DNA of 63,318 nucleotides, filler included, from Octopus bimaculoides (GCF_001194135.2; 8 parts of 8 records of this genome joined end to end with filler, not necessarily neighbours in it), one strand, 5' to 3'. Positions 24,951 through 39,316 are shown, counted from the first letter of the whole stretch. Made by a program: numbers and translations. The notes: a model not told the origin generated them from the letters alone.

Positions 24951-26487
24951 TCATCATCATCATCATCGTTTAAACGTCCGCTTTCCATGCTAGCATGGGT
25001 TGGACGATTTGACTGAGGACTGGGGAACCAGATGGCTACACCAGGCTCCAATCTGATTTGGCAGAGTTTCTACAGCTGGACGCCCTTCCTAACGCCAACC
25101 ACTCTGAGAGTGTAGTGGGTGCTTTCATGTGCTACAGCACGAAGGCCAGTCAGGTGGTACTGGCAACGGCCATGCTCAAAATGGTGTATTTTACATGCCA
25201 CCTGCACAGGAGCCAGTTCAGTGGTACTGGCAACAACTTCGCTCGAATGTCTTTTCATGTGCCACCAGCACAAGTGCCAGGAAGGCGACGCTGGTAACGA
25301 TCATGCTCAAATGGTGCTATTTACGTGCCACTGGCATGGAAGCCAGACAGCTGCTCTGGCAACAATCATGCTCAGACGGTGCTCTTAGCGCTCCACTGGT
25401 ACAGGTGCCATCACGATTTTGCTTTCACTTGCCCCAACAGGTCTTCGCAAGCTGAGTTTAGTGTCCAATGAAGGAGACGTTGGCATGGGTGCCAGTCGTC
25501 GAATTTACTTCGATTTCGCTTTCACTTTCCTCAACAGGTCTTCGCAGGTGGAGTTTAGTGTCCAATGAAGGAAAGGTACGCATAAGTGGACTGGCTACAC
25601 TCCTGGCAGAGGTCTCGGATTATGGTCTCACTTGGCTTGCCGGGTCTTCTCACGCACAGCTTATTTCCAAAGGTTTCGGTCACTAGTCATTGCCTCGGTG
25701 AGGCCTAATGTTTGAAGGCCATGCTTCACCACCTCATCCCAGGTCTTCCTGGGTCTACCTCTTCCACAGTATCCCTCAACTGCTAGGGTGTGGCACTTTT
25801 TCACACAGCTATCCTCATCCATTCTCGCCACATGACCATACCAGTGCAATCATCTCTCTTGCACNNNNNNNNNNNNNNNNNNNNNNNNNNNNNNNNNNNN
25901 NNNNNNNNNNNNNNNNNNNNNNNNNNNNNNNNNNNNNNNNNNNNNNNNNNNNNNNNNNNNNNNNNNNNNNNNNNNNNNNNNNNNNNNNNNNNNNNNNNNN
26001 NNNNNNNNNNNNNNNNNNNNNNNNNNNNNNNNNNNNNNNNNNNNNNNNNNNNNNNNNNNNNNNNNNNNNNNNNNNNNNNNNNNNNNNNNNNNNNNNNNNN
26101 NNNNNNNNNNNNNNNNNNNNNNNNNNNNNNNNNNNNNNNNNNNNNNNNNNNNNNNNNACACATGCTTCATACAGTCTGCCTTTTACTCTGAGTGAGAGGC
26201 CCTTTGTCACCAGCAGAGGTAAGAGCTCTCTGAACCTTGCCCAGGCTATTCTTATTCTAGTAGCTACACTTTCAGCGCACCCACCGCCGCTACTAACTTG
26301 GTCACCCAGATAGCGGAAGCTATCAACTACCTCTAGTTTTTCTCCCTGGAATGAGACAGAAGTTGTTTCCTGTTTATTTACAGTGTTTATTGCACCTGAA
26401 CATCTGCCACATACAAAAATTATCTTCCCAGTTAACCTTCCTTTGATATTGCTGCACCTCTTATGTGTCCATAGCTTACACTAGGTT
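24950..26487 (-). mobile_element. Young 5'-truncated RTE-clade LINE with a long 3' UTR and (GAT)n tail
   Basis: Open translation CKLWTHKRC...LEVVDSFRYLGD...RIRIAWARFREL, then WYGHVARM...GRGRPRKTW...DRNLWK. A gap occupies 25865-26157. Confidence 0.92.
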
Positions 26488-26524
26488 TCTCTCTCACACA
26501 CTATCTTGCAACACGAAATACCTC

Positions 26525-26810
26525 AAGTCATATATATATATATATATTTCGTTTTTGGATTTGGTTTGCAAGATTTTTTATGTGATTTTGTGTGTTGAAG
26601 CATATTCGTGTGTTGAAGCATATTCTGTTGTGTCTGTTGTGCCTTAAAATCTAACACACTCACCGTTAAAATTTCCACTTATTTCTTATTTTTATTTTCC
26701 TAAAGTTTTCGTTGCGTCTTGCAACCTTTTCAATAGTCTTGACTCTGTCCGTTATNNNNNNNNNNCGTCTTGCAACCTTTTCAATAGTCTTGACTCTGTC
26801 CGTTATTTAC
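26525..26810. repeat. Interspersed repeat end attached to (TA)n, with a short internal tandem duplication
   Basis: GTGTGTTGAAGCATATTC occurs twice. Family not assigned. Confidence 0.45.
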
Positions 26811-27609
26811 GCTGCGTTCTGTTTTTGCTTTTGTTTGTTTTTGCGCATGTGTGTCTCAGTGTGTGTGTATGTATGCATGCATGTAAGCATGCATGTATGT
26901 GTGCATGTGTGTGTATGTATGTCTGTGTGTGTGTGCATATGTATATATGTATGTATGTGTGTGTATGTATATATGTATGTATGTGTGTGTTTGCATGTAT
27001 GTATGTATTCTGTATTTGTGTGTGTTTTTTTTTATGTGTGTGTGTGTGCATGTATGTATATGTATGTATGTACCTCTGTCTCCTTGTGTGTGCATGTCTG
27101 AGTGTGTGTGTGTGTGTGTTTTGCTGCTATGTACCATGTTTGTATGTATGGGTGCACATTTTCATATGTATGGACAAGTGTATGTGTATATGTGGCCATG
27201 TGTTTCAGTATCTATTTGCGTATGTGGTTGTCTGTTCATATATCCTATGTACCTACCCGTCTGTATGTAGACCTGTTGGTTTACATATACATACATGTGC
27301 ATGCACACACACACACACACACACCCACACTCACAGACATACATACATCTATCTGCATAAAAGCCCATTAACTGTTCTGCTTTACCTGTGTAAAATGTGG
27401 GTATGGGGGTATGATATCTATGTATATTTTCTATTTAGTATTGGGGAAGTTTCATTTATAAGGACGTACTCCCGTATTTGTCTTAGAGTTGGGTCTTTTG
27501 GGTGCTTGGATAAGATGCGGATGTCAAGTTGACCTAAGTTGCCTCCATGCTGGTCTTTGGCATGTTGGTAGAGTATGGAGGACTGTTTTTTGTCGTCATA
27601 TTGTCTCAT

Positions 27610-27780
27610 ATGTTGGTAGACGGAGGCATAGACAGCAGCGATGGAGGCATTGGCAGCAGCAGCAGCGGTGGCAGCAGCAGCGGTGGCAGCAGCAGCGGTG
27701 GTGGTGGCAGCAGCAGCAGCAGTAGCAGTAGTAGTGGTTGTATTAGAGTTATTAGTATTAGTGGTGATGCTATTAGTATC
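27610..27780. repeat. Degenerate (GCA/GGT/AGT)n trinucleotide tract
   Basis: Direct sequence. Confidence 0.9.
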
Positions 27781-27949
27781 AACATTCACTTCAGCTGCAA
27801 TCTTCGCTACCATCTACTTACATCTGGTAATTAGAATGTTGTTGGTCTTGCAAATTCTGTTGTAGTAATTGAGTTAAGCTGTACACTTAGTGATTTACAC
27901 ACATGATATCATATGTATAGAACCTTTATTACAAAGATCAATTAGGCAC

Positions 27950-28355
27950 AGGCATGGCTGTGGTGTTAAGAAGCTTGCTTTCCAATAATGTAGTCTTGAG
28001 TTCAGTTTCAATGTGCAGTACCTTTGATGTGTGTCTTCTGCTATAATCTTGGACTACAGTAGAAGACTTATGAGTGGATTTGTTAGTTGGAAACTAAAAG
28101 AAGCCTGTCGTACATATATATATACATCTGTGTATGTGTGTGTCTTTGTATTTCTGTTGTGTTTACCCCTTCCCACTACTTAACTGATGTTGGTTTGTTA
28201 ACATCCCTGTAACTAGTGGTTTGGCAAAAGAGAACAATCGAATAAATACTTGACTTTAAAAAATAAGCACTGGGGATGATTTGTTTGACTAAACTCTTCA
28301 AGGCAGTGTCCCAGCATTGCCACAGGCCAGTTACTGAAACAAATAAAAGATGTGT
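27950..28355 (+). mobile_element. Diverged composite SINE with an internal microsatellite
   Basis: Colinear with 55428-55826 (GTGTCTTCT.CTATA, GAAGCC.GTCGT, terminal GAAACAAATAAAAGA). Confidence 0.8.
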
Positions 28356-29089
28356 TGCCATATATATACAAATGCAAGATGACACAAATGTGTAATCACA
28401 TGTATTTCAACATTCAGACAACACAACAGCCATAGACTTTAAAAAGAGATTTTCACTATAATGACAAGTTGCTGTTGTTGTTTTGTAATTTGACACCATT
28501 AAACTGATTATCTAATTATTGTCTCTAAAGTGTTCAAACTCTACAGAAAGATAAGTGACAGATTAGCACCAGCATCTTACCTGCACCACCACCCTGCTCT
28601 CATGTGCAGAGTCCAATTTAAACCCAATTTAAAGAACTGGTGTCGCTGAACATACTGTCTGTCAGAATACTAACAAAGTGACATCAGTATCCTGTCTGCA
28701 ATACCTGAACCTAACAAAAAAATAAAACAACTGATGTCTCTTTTACAAGATAAACCGCTATGTGACCAGAACTGACCAATGAGAGCCTAAATGCCTAGAA
28801 GTCATTTTCGTTTCTTTTAAATTCTCTCTACTCTGAATATCTGACAAGGTGGGTGTGTCTTCTACTCATCCACAAAACTTTAAGTAATGAGGTTCTTGAG
28901 TCAAACTATTATTTTATATGTGTGTGTTTATACACACACACATATAAGTTATCTGTAGCTTCATGTGATAAAGTGTTTTCTGATAATCCATTGTTGTTGA
29001 GTATCTAGATGCACTTGGAATACATATTTCTCAACTTTAAACAACCATAGAGGAATTATAATATAAACTAGTGCCTATCCTTATTTTTT

Positions 29090-29129
<40 letters not shown>

Positions 29130-30497
29130 NNNNNNNNNNNNNNNNNNNNNNNNNNNNNNNNNNNNNNNNNNNNTTAATTAATTAANNNNNNNNNNNNNNN
29201 NNNNNNNNNNNNNNNNNNNNNNNNNNNNNTTTTTTTTTTCTCTTTTTGTTTAGCAATTATTAACAATGAAATTCTGTAGTCATTTCTGAAATCCTACCCA
29301 GGATATCTCCTCCCTCACCACAACTGTTCCAAACACATCTTTCCAAGTTCCAAAAATTTTTTTGTTCTTCTTCAGAAATGACTAAAGATTTGAATGAGTT
29401 GCTTAGTCGTCCTGCCTCGAATTATTATTATTATTATCATTATCATAATTGTTTTTTTATTTTATTTTTTTTTTGTTTTGCATTTTTTTTTCTTAATTGA
29501 TCATAGCAACAAATGTGAAGAAATGTTAAGAATATCAAACATATTTTGTTGATGATATTACTGTCTTAGTTTTGTTGTACTTATTCTTGTTCTGGTTTTA
29601 AAAGATTAAAAATATATAAAGTCTTTATTAATTATTCACTTCGGATACAATCACAAAGAATCCACATTTCTGTAATAAGAGTCACTCAGATATATATATA
29701 TATATCGACTGTTTACCAAGTTCAGAACAAATTGTCTTCTATTTTTTTCTTCTTCTTTCTTTCTTTCATTTTACCATTTCATAACTTTCCTTTTTCTTTC
29801 ATTTTTCCCCCTGTAATCTCGCAGAAACTCTGTCCAGATGATTAAAAGTAAAATTGAAAATATGAAGAAGGAGCCATCAAAAATATGACAATATTTCATT
29901 ATTTTCTTGCTGAGAGAAGATTATATTCCTTAAGATTATATGTATATAGGGAGAGCGAGAAAGAGAGAGAATGATATATGTATACATATATATATATATA
30001 TTTGTCATTCTTTTTTCTTTCCGAAGGCAATACATCGATTCCTTGCAGTATTAAAACGTATTAAAAAAATGGGGTAATTTCTTTTAAGATGAAACAAGGT
30101 TCAGAAGTAAAGATAAGTTTTGCCTTAGAAACACACAGACTTCAAATGAATGCGTTTGTCGTCGGAAATACATGGAACTCCAAGGTACGTTTTTGAGATA
30201 ATTGGAAACAACATCTTCCTAGTTTGGTTGTTTTGCATTGATATTCATTTGTCAGATTAGAAGACTTCAAATAATCATGTCACATCCTTTGAATTGGTAA
30301 GGAATTGTGCAGGTGTCATGTGTCGAAAGTTTCACAGCAGTAAGTTTCATATGAAATACCAGGCCAGTCGATGGTATTGTTGTGTGTTAATATATATTTT
30401 AAAAGTTGTCTGTATTCAATATTGATACCATACCAGATTATTAATTAAGGCAGGCCAACAAATAATACCTGGTTTAGTTATATTATTTGATATTCAA

Positions 30498-30539
<42 letters not shown>

Positions 30540-33500
30540 TTAAAATATTCGTATGATAAAGTTAGTGAAGATAATCTAATGATACAACCAGATCAAGGTC
30601 GCAATGTTAGCAATGTCAGAAAATAATCAGGTATAGTGTATGCGTGTATATATACATACATATACATACATGTACATATATATATATATATATATANNNN
30701 NNNNNNNNNNNNNNNNNNNNNNNNNNNNNNNNNNNNNNNNNNNNNNNNNNNNNNNNNNNNNNNNNNNNNNNNNNNNNNNNNNNNNNNNNNNNNNNNNNNN
30801 NNNNNNNNNNNNNNNNNNNNNNNNNNNNNNNNNNNNNNNNNNNNNNNNNNNNNNNNNNNNNNNNNNNNNNNNNNNNNNNNNNNNNNNNNNNNNNNNNNNN
30901 NNNNNNNNNNNNNNNNNNNNNNNNNNNNNNNNNNNNNNNNNNNNNNNNNNNNNNNNNNNNNNNNNNNNNNNNNNNNNNNNNNNNNNNNNNNNNNNNNNNN
31001 NNNNNNNNNNNNNNNNNNNNNNNNNNNNNNNNNNNNNNNNNNNNNNNNNNNNNNNNNNNNNNNNNNNNNNNNNNNNNNNNNNNNNNNNNNNNNNNNNNNN
31101 NNNNNNNNNNNNNNNNNNNNNNNNNNNNNNNNNNNNNNNNNNNNNNNNNNNNNNNNNNNNNNNNNNNNNNNNNNNNNNNNNNNNNNNNNNNNNNNNNNNN
31201 NNNNNNNNNNNNNNNNNNNNNNNNNNNNNNNNNNNNNNNNNNNNNNNNNNNNNNNNNNNNNNNNNNNNNNNNNNNNNNNNNNNNNNNNNNNNNNNNNNNN
31301 NNNNNNNNNNNNNNNNNNNNNNNNNNNNNNNNNNNNNNNNNNNNNNNNNNNNNNNNNNNNNNNNNNNNNNNNNNNNNNNNNNNNNNNNNNNNNNNNNNNN
31401 NNNNNNNNNNNNNNNNNNNNNNNNNNNNNNNNNNNNNNNNNNNNNNNNNNNNNNNNNNNNNNNNNNNNNNNNNNNNNNNNNNNNNNNNNNNNNNNNNNNN
31501 NNNNNNNNNNNNNNNNNNNNNNNNNNNNNNNNNNNNNNNNNNNNNNNNNNNNNNNNNNNNNNNNNNNNNNNNNNNNNNNNNNNNNNNNNNNNNNNNNNNN
31601 NNNNNNNNNNNNNNNNNNNNNNNNNNNNNNNNNNNNNNNNNNNNNNNNNNNNNNNNNNNNNNNNNNNNNNNNNNNNNAACTGTTATTAATCAAAGTAAAA
31701 TGTAATCCCAATGTGATAAGGGTCAGCATTCATCCCCCAGTGAAGGGCTCTGCCTGAAACAATATACTTAAAAAAAAACAAAGAGCACACCAGCAGCATA
31801 CTTATATTTTTGTGGGTTTTCTTTTAGCTTTTTAATATATTTTCTGTGGGTTTTTTTATTATTATTAATTAATGCATTAACGGTTTGGACAGGAACATCT
31901 GATAGGCGCAAGTTTAGCACACGTGAAAATGAAAAATAATAAAAAAATTTTAATTATATAAAAAAAAAAAAAACGAAAACGAAAGTAAGATTTTCTTCTG
32001 TAGAGAAGGGCATTGCCCTTCTTGAAAGGACACAGATTAAAATTTTTATTTTATGACATTATGGGGTTGGCAGGTGTGATAGGCAGCTGAGAGATTCTGC
32101 TCAATAGCGATTGATAACATCAACAAATATAACATACTGTATCATAAGCCATACATCTGCCTCACTATAGCTGGTTGTTATACATTATTAATATTATTGA
32201 TATTATTACTATTTTTGATGGCGATGGCGAGAGTGGTGGTGACATATCACTAACTCTGAATTCCATGTCTCAATGAAGCTGATATCACTTTTTCCATCTC
32301 CGACTTGCGAGGTTTAGCAATAAGCATCAACAATATACAGAAAGGAATTTATACATACGCATGTGTATATTATGTATGTGAGTGTAAATTTGTTTGTTTT
32401 TTTCGTTTTTATGACACTTTATTTTCCCATACTAATACGGATGAGACATACCGAGGCATTGTTTTACAGCTGGATGTCCTTCCTGTCACTAACCCTTCCT
32501 TTTGTTTTCCTTTTCACAAGTAACGGATCTCTCATTTCCCACGTCTTTGGAAGCATGACGTGAGCAGATCATTTGAGACCTGACAACAACAACAATAACA
32601 ACACCACTCACAGTGAACAACTTTCATAGGAGGCAAATGAAATCACAGATGTACACATATATCTATGTGTGAGTGACTTTGTGTTTCACTTGCATACACT
32701 TCACGTTTTGGTCCGATGCATGGTCAACATCAGATTACTACGAATGAGAATATTTGAAAAGATATTCTTATACCTCACTGTAAGGGAAAGACATGAGAGA
32801 TGCCATAAAACATAGCTTTCCCTTCACTTATAACTCCAGCCTTCACGCTCAAATAAAAAAGAAACAAGTTTTGACCCCCAAAAAATAGATTCCATAAATA
32901 ACTTCTATGTGTGATATTGGCAACATTAATTTCAAGTCGCAGAGCAAATAGGAAAGCTACTGAATGAGAAAACAACATTTCTTTTACTATCAAAATAAAA
33001 AGTGACTTTCTTACCTAAAATGAGAATTGTTGAATACAAGGCCAGAAATCTGAGGGAAGGGGAGCAGTCAATTATATCAAGTGTAGTACTTCATTAGTAC
33101 TTTATTTTATTGACCCAAGAGGGCGAGGAAATGAAAGATTCTAATATAAGCAAAACAAATTATACATAAATAGATTTTTATTTAAATTGCCATACATGTA
33201 AATTAGATTTCATAAAATCTTTAAAATTGAATATCTATTTATATATTTAATCGAACTAAGATTTTGGTCACAATCCAAGTCTCAAGCACACATTTTATAT
33301 ACATTGAAAATTTAGCAAGAAACTCAGTTCTTGCTACTGCCTCAAGTCGTCCGTAATTGTGATTCTATGAACTTGTACCACAATACTGTCAGGATTTCCC
33401 TCAACTAACACTCCATGTTAACAGCATCTTTTAGTGACACCTTCATATTTTAGTTATGTCCCTAAATCTTAGAACAGGATAATATCCTCCATCAAGATGT

Positions 33501-36500
33501 GGTCACCACAGCTTCAATGCCAATCAAACGAAGCTCAAGCAAAACTGAGCCACAGAGTACATCTCTTCATATTCTCTTCACTGGATGAACAACCAGTTAC
33601 TGATCAAGGGCCTTAACCCTTCCTTCTTTTTTCCTTCTCCACTACGAGTCTAAACACATTTATATACACAAACTGGAATATGTCAAATGCTGTTACATAA
33701 CGTTTAACTAATCAACACTATGCATCCTTTTAGTTAATACAACACCATAGTTTTCGTGTTTATACAGGTGTGTATTTTTGAATACACTTCACTTACACTG
33801 GCCTTACTGAGAATCAAAACGGAATTGAAGATTGTATCCGTTCTTATAGTGGCCGTGTATTTTCTTTTAATTTCACATTTTTAACCCTAAAATTTTCTTC
33901 ATTGGAAATTCACTCAGACAAAGTAATTCAGTCCATACATTGTAGAGTGTAATCTTTAATTGTGAGATGTTTTAGTGCTTTTAACCACTTCGTAACAGCA
34001 ACCCTTGCACAATAGGCCTGCCTTCTGCAGAAAGATCTGGCAGTGTAAATCCAACAACAAAGAATTAAACACTTCAAACTCCCAGAACAGAACCTAAAGG
34101 ATCACTTTCACAAAGGGTCTAATCTGCTAGCCACCTCGATACCCTAGCTGTCTTGGAGCAGAGGTGGCTAAAGTTACATAACAACAAAATTAAAGCTTCC
34201 AAATGGAGGTACTGGGTATACAAATGCATTCCTAGAATATAAGACATGTCATCCAACTATGTACTATAGTATCAGCCGACTCCATACTATAGTAGGTGCT
34301 GGACCTGTATCATAATAGGTATCTCTGTATATGCAGTATCCTAATACAGTCTGTTTGAATAAATCAAGGTCATAAACTACTTAAAAAATGTTTTTAAAAA
34401 ACCCTGAAAATTGCAAAACTGTCTTCATGTAACGGGGTCTGTTAGATATTGAGCTCATTTTTAACATTTTATTCAGAAAATTCTGTTTTTCGTTAGCAAT
34501 TCTAGAACTGTCTGCAGACAAATTAATTATATATATGAAACAATCTTCAGACAATGAATGATGGACACTGCAGCATTTTTCGAATGCCTAAGCCAGAAAG
34601 TACTATGTTACAGGAATTATACGAGCAGAATTGATCGTAACAAAGCAATAATATGATTGCTTCTTAACAATAGCTCAACTTGTTACACTTGCTTCTAAAT
34701 CTCTCTCAGCCAGAAAGTTCTGTGTTAGACAACAAAAGCAGAACAGTAGCACAATTATAATATAATCTTAGGAATAGTTAAAACCAACAAATAAATGATG
34801 TTGGAGCATTGATTATCACTAAAAAAAAAAAACGTCTTTCTTGCCTATCTCTTTCAATAAACGAATAAGTATACGAATCATAACAATTTCACCATAACAT
34901 AGTAGTACTCATTACTGAAACACATGTATAACTCATGGAATTTATGATTTCATAATCAAATAACTTAAACTAACTCTTGTTTTATTCTATACTAAATACG
35001 GTTTTNNNNNNNNNNNNNNNNNNNNNNNNNNNNNNNNNNNNNNNNNNNNNNNNNNNNNNNNNNNNNNNNNNNNNNNNNNNNNNNNNNNNNNNNNNNNNNN
35101 NNNNNNNNNNNNNNNNNNNNNNNNNNNNNNNNNNNNNNNNNNNNNNNNNNNNNNNNNNNNNNNNNNNNNNNNNNNNNNNNNNNNNNNNNNNGAACTTATA
35201 TATTTTTTAATATTTTAATTAAATTAATTTATTTATTTGTTTTAATAATTGATAATAATAATGATTAAAAATAATAAGTAGGAGTGGGGATTGATGAACT
35301 TTGAGAACAATTCATTGTATAATTTCTATCTTCAAAGTTTAATAATAATAATAATAATATTTTTAAAATAAAACAATCAAACAATGGAACAAACTAGAAC
35401 AAAACAAAATAAAACAAACAAATTGAAAAGAAAAAGAGGAACAAAAAAAACAAAAGAACAAAGAGAAAAATCGGTTGAAAATTAAAACAAAAAAGGGCAG
35501 ACAAATATCAAATATAAAATAATTTAAAATAATAATGACAAAAATTAAAAATAAAATAAAATTTAAAAAAACAATACAATGATAAGCATGAATCAATTTT
35601 CATTTTAGTTTTCTTCTTTTTTCTTTCTTTGTCTCAGTCTCCTTTCTTTCTTTCTCTCTTTCTCTTTCTTTCTCTCTCTCTCTCTCACTTACTCTCTGTG
35701 TCTGTCTTTAAATCTCAGAAACAAGGTTTCGAGCCATTCTGAAATTCTTGCAACAATAAATTTCGAAGCCAATTAATAACTTGGGCCAATTACCGATTCT
35801 GTATGTGTAGCAGAGGAAGGGGGATGGGGGAATGGGAAGATAATAGATGAAGAAGGAGAGGGGGACGGGCCAAAAAAGAGGAAAAAATTAAAATCCACAA
35901 ATATATTCATAGATGTGTTAGACGTTCTCTCACATATGGACACAGAGGTGTGTGGTGATGGGGAATACAATCAACCATATCCGAATTTCACATATATATT
36001 TACACACACACACAAATAACCCCCTCCCCCCACACACACATGCATACGCACTTTTTCCTAATTTCTTTAGAGGAAAAATAAAAATATATATATATAAAAA
36101 TCATATAAATGGCTAATTAATAATATTTTTACACTGGCATTTTTCAAACTTTAAAATCGATGTCATACAGTCTATTAATATATATACATACATACATACA
36201 TAAGCTAGAAGGCTACTAGTTGTTGCTTTTAGTCCCTTGGTCAACACTGAGTGGACCTTATGATCAAAGACTTTCCAGCAGTGACCATCACGTCAATTTT
36301 TAATTTTTATGTTATCAAACTGTGTATCGAGAACTACATTATCCAAAGACGGTTGGGTGGGATTTAAGGGAGACTTGGCTGCTATTTCTAGCAGGTCATG
36401 CGACCACCTAAAGGCTCTGTCTTTGGCTCTCATTATTTACTTTAGTATTTTTTTTTGTTTGTTTTCTTTTTATTGTAAAAATCAGCATCAGAAAATGTTT

Positions 36501-36955
36501 ACCCTACACCCAACCCCTTTTGGTTGCAGTTTTTGCCAATGGAATGGAATGATATAAATCAGATTTGATATACAGTCATACAGAAATACTGACACACTCT
36601 CAAACATACATATATATATTTATACACACACACATATACATACATTACATACACATGTATAAATATGCATATATATATAAATATATGTATATTTACACAT
36701 GTATAAATATGTATATATAGTTTTTTTTTTCTTATTCAAGCCTTCACATATTTGCAAATATTAATTAGTATTTGAGCAAAAACTTCTAAAACCCAAATTA
36801 TATATGCTCTTCTAACTGTTCCCACTCATAAAGAAAATACTGGGTACGACATTTCCACTGTTTTTATTTCTCTACAGAACAAACTCTTCCGTTTATTACG
36901 GACCACATTTACAGATCACAAAAGGTATTATATGTAGGGATTAACCAAATGATTT

Positions 36956-37166
36956 TCAAAGCTGGTGACAAACAACAAATCTGGTGTCAAGCTCAACCTG
37001 GTTAACATCAAGCTCAACCTGTCTCATGTCAAGCTCAACATATCTAGTGACTAGCTCAAAACATCTGGTGACAAGCTCTACATATCTAATGACAAGCTTA
37101 TCATCACATCTGGTGAAAAGCTCAATGCATCTAGTGACAAGCTTACGGAATATGGTCTGGATAAGA
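36956..37166 (-). CDS. Candidate terminal exon with a 21-nt repeat encoding leucine heptads
   Basis: LVTRCIE LFTRCDDK LVIRYVE LVTRCFE LVTRYVE LDMRQVE LDVNQVE LDTRFV. Acceptors TTCCGCAG| (37166) or TTATCCAG| (37156), stop at 36956-36958, and minus-strand AATAAA at 36863-36868. Confidence 0.4.
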
Positions 37167-37575
37167 CTGCGGAACTCAAAAATACCCAATATTATTTTGC
37201 TAAATTTATAGATTTCTTGGGTTTTTTTAGTTTTGGTTCCTTTATAACTACAGATACAAGCTAACCCCCCCCCCCAACTATTCGCCAAAAATTAATTTAT
37301 AGTATTTATCTTAACATTACATATTTTAAAAATTAATAAGAGTTTGTTAATTTAAAACTTGCCATAGGGAAAATCTGTACTGNNNNNNNNNNNNNNNNNN
37401 NNNNNNNNNNNNNNNNNNNNNNNNNNNNNNNNNNNNNNNNNNNNNNNNNNNNNNNNNNNNNNNNNNNNNNNNNNNNNNNNNNNNNNNNNNNNNNNNNNNN
37501 NNNNNNNNNNNNNNNNNNNNNNNNNNNNNNNNNNNNNNNNNNNNNNNNNNNNNNNNNNNNNNNNNNNNNNNNNNN

Positions 37576-37611
<36 letters not shown>

Positions 37612-37695
37612 CACACACATACACACACTCAATCACACTCAACGCATACAGGTCTATATACAGGCATGAGTGTGTGTGCACATGTATATATATAG

Positions 37696-37726
<31 letters not shown>

Positions 37727-39316
37727 CACACTCACTCATCACACATATGCATTTATACACACAATAATTGGTTCTCCATGTTTTCCAAACTAACAGCAAA
37801 TAACAGCAATTGAAAAAAATGTCTGCATTTTACAATATTTTCAATGATGATACTGAAAAGGATTATAATTATTATTATTATTATCATTATCATTATTACA
37901 ATTACTGCTATCGTCATCATCATCGTAATAATCATCATCATCATCATAATCATCGTCATCGTCATCATCATCATCAATACTGTTGCTGTTTAAAAAAAAA
38001 ACAAAAACAAATTCCCCCATACAAAATATTTTAGTTATTTTTGTATTTTGTTTTTCCTTTCTTTTGTTGTTTGATTTTTGTTGTTTTGTCGTTAATTCCA
38101 TTAATTTCAAATTTTTTCTTTTTTCCTTTTTTGTCAAAGCAATGAGATGGAATACGGACAAAAGACCGTATTGTTTTAATTTAAAATAATGATTATTAAT
38201 CATTATTTGTTTCCTTATGTATTTTTTGTTTTCGAGGTTTGTTCAATGTCAAAATAGTAATAATAATAATAATAATAATTGTTATCATTATCATTATTTT
38301 TATTATATTAACATCATTAAAAAAAAAAAAAATTAGGGTGGTATTTAATATTTCAGCACGTGTTGAGCCATAATCCATTAACTGGAATGGGTATTTGGTA
38401 AGTTACGATGTTTGTTCGGTATAGGTTTACCTGTTCATTTCCAGCATCAAATGTGAGTGTGTATGCACATGTGTGTGCGTATATACTTCATATATATATA
38501 NNNNNNNNNNNNNNNNNNNNNNNNNNNNNNNNNNNNNNNNNNNNNNNNNNNNNNNNNNNNNNNNNNNNNNNNNNNNNNNNNNNNNNNNNNNNNNNNNNNN
38601 NNNNNNNNNNNNNNNNNNNNNNNNNNNNNNNNNNNNNNNNNNNNNNNNNNNNNNNNNNNNNNNNNNNNNNNNNNNNNNNNNNNNNNNNNNNNNNNNNNNN
38701 NNNNNNNNNNNNNNNNNNNNNNNNNNNNNNNNNNNNNNNNNNNNNNNNNNNNNNNNNNNNNNNNNNNNNNNNNNNNNNNNNNNNNNNNNNNNNNNNNNNN
38801 NNNNNNNNNNNNNNNNNNNNNNNNNNNNNNNNNNNNNNNNNNNNNNNNNNNNNNNNNNNNNNNNNNNNNNNNNNNNNNNNNNNNNNNNNNNNNNNNNNNN
38901 NNNNNNNNNNNNNNNNNNNNNNNNNNNNNNNNNNNNNNNNNNNNNNNNNNNNNNNNNNNNNNNNNNNNNNNNNNNNNNNNNNNNNNNNNNNNNNNNNNNN
39001 NNNNNNNNNNNNNATTTGGTCATTATCATAACCATACTGTTGTAGCAGTTGTTTTTTGTTGGAGGAGGTTAGAATTTGCTAGTTCGATTCAAGGTTTGGA
39101 GGAACAAAGAAGTGATACGCATCAAATCACTTAAAGGTTCCCTGCTCCTTGCTTGGAATTAATGACAAGAGTTGCCTGTTTTGCAAACATCGATGCATGG
39201 AATTATCAAAGATAAGGAAAGACTTAATAAATCTGGCATTTAGATTTTTTTTTTCTTTTTTCTCTTTTCATGTCTGAAGCAAATTTTTAGCTTGAAAATC
39301 TCATTGGTGTATTACT

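Noticed and set aside
26712-27865. HTY/CVY-rich and poly-Q/A/S ORFs
   Set aside because: They are translations of di-, tri- and tetranucleotide microsatellites with no splice or homology support.
30130-30296. Possible pair of small plus-strand exons (donors AAG|GTACGT and TG|GTAAGG)
   Set aside because: The signals are moderate, the peptides are unrecognisable and the frame is ambiguous, so they cannot be distinguished from chance.
34128-34170. 10-bp stem TAGCCACCTC/GAGGTGGCTA
   Set aside because: A stem of this length and loop size is expected by chance in 63 kb.
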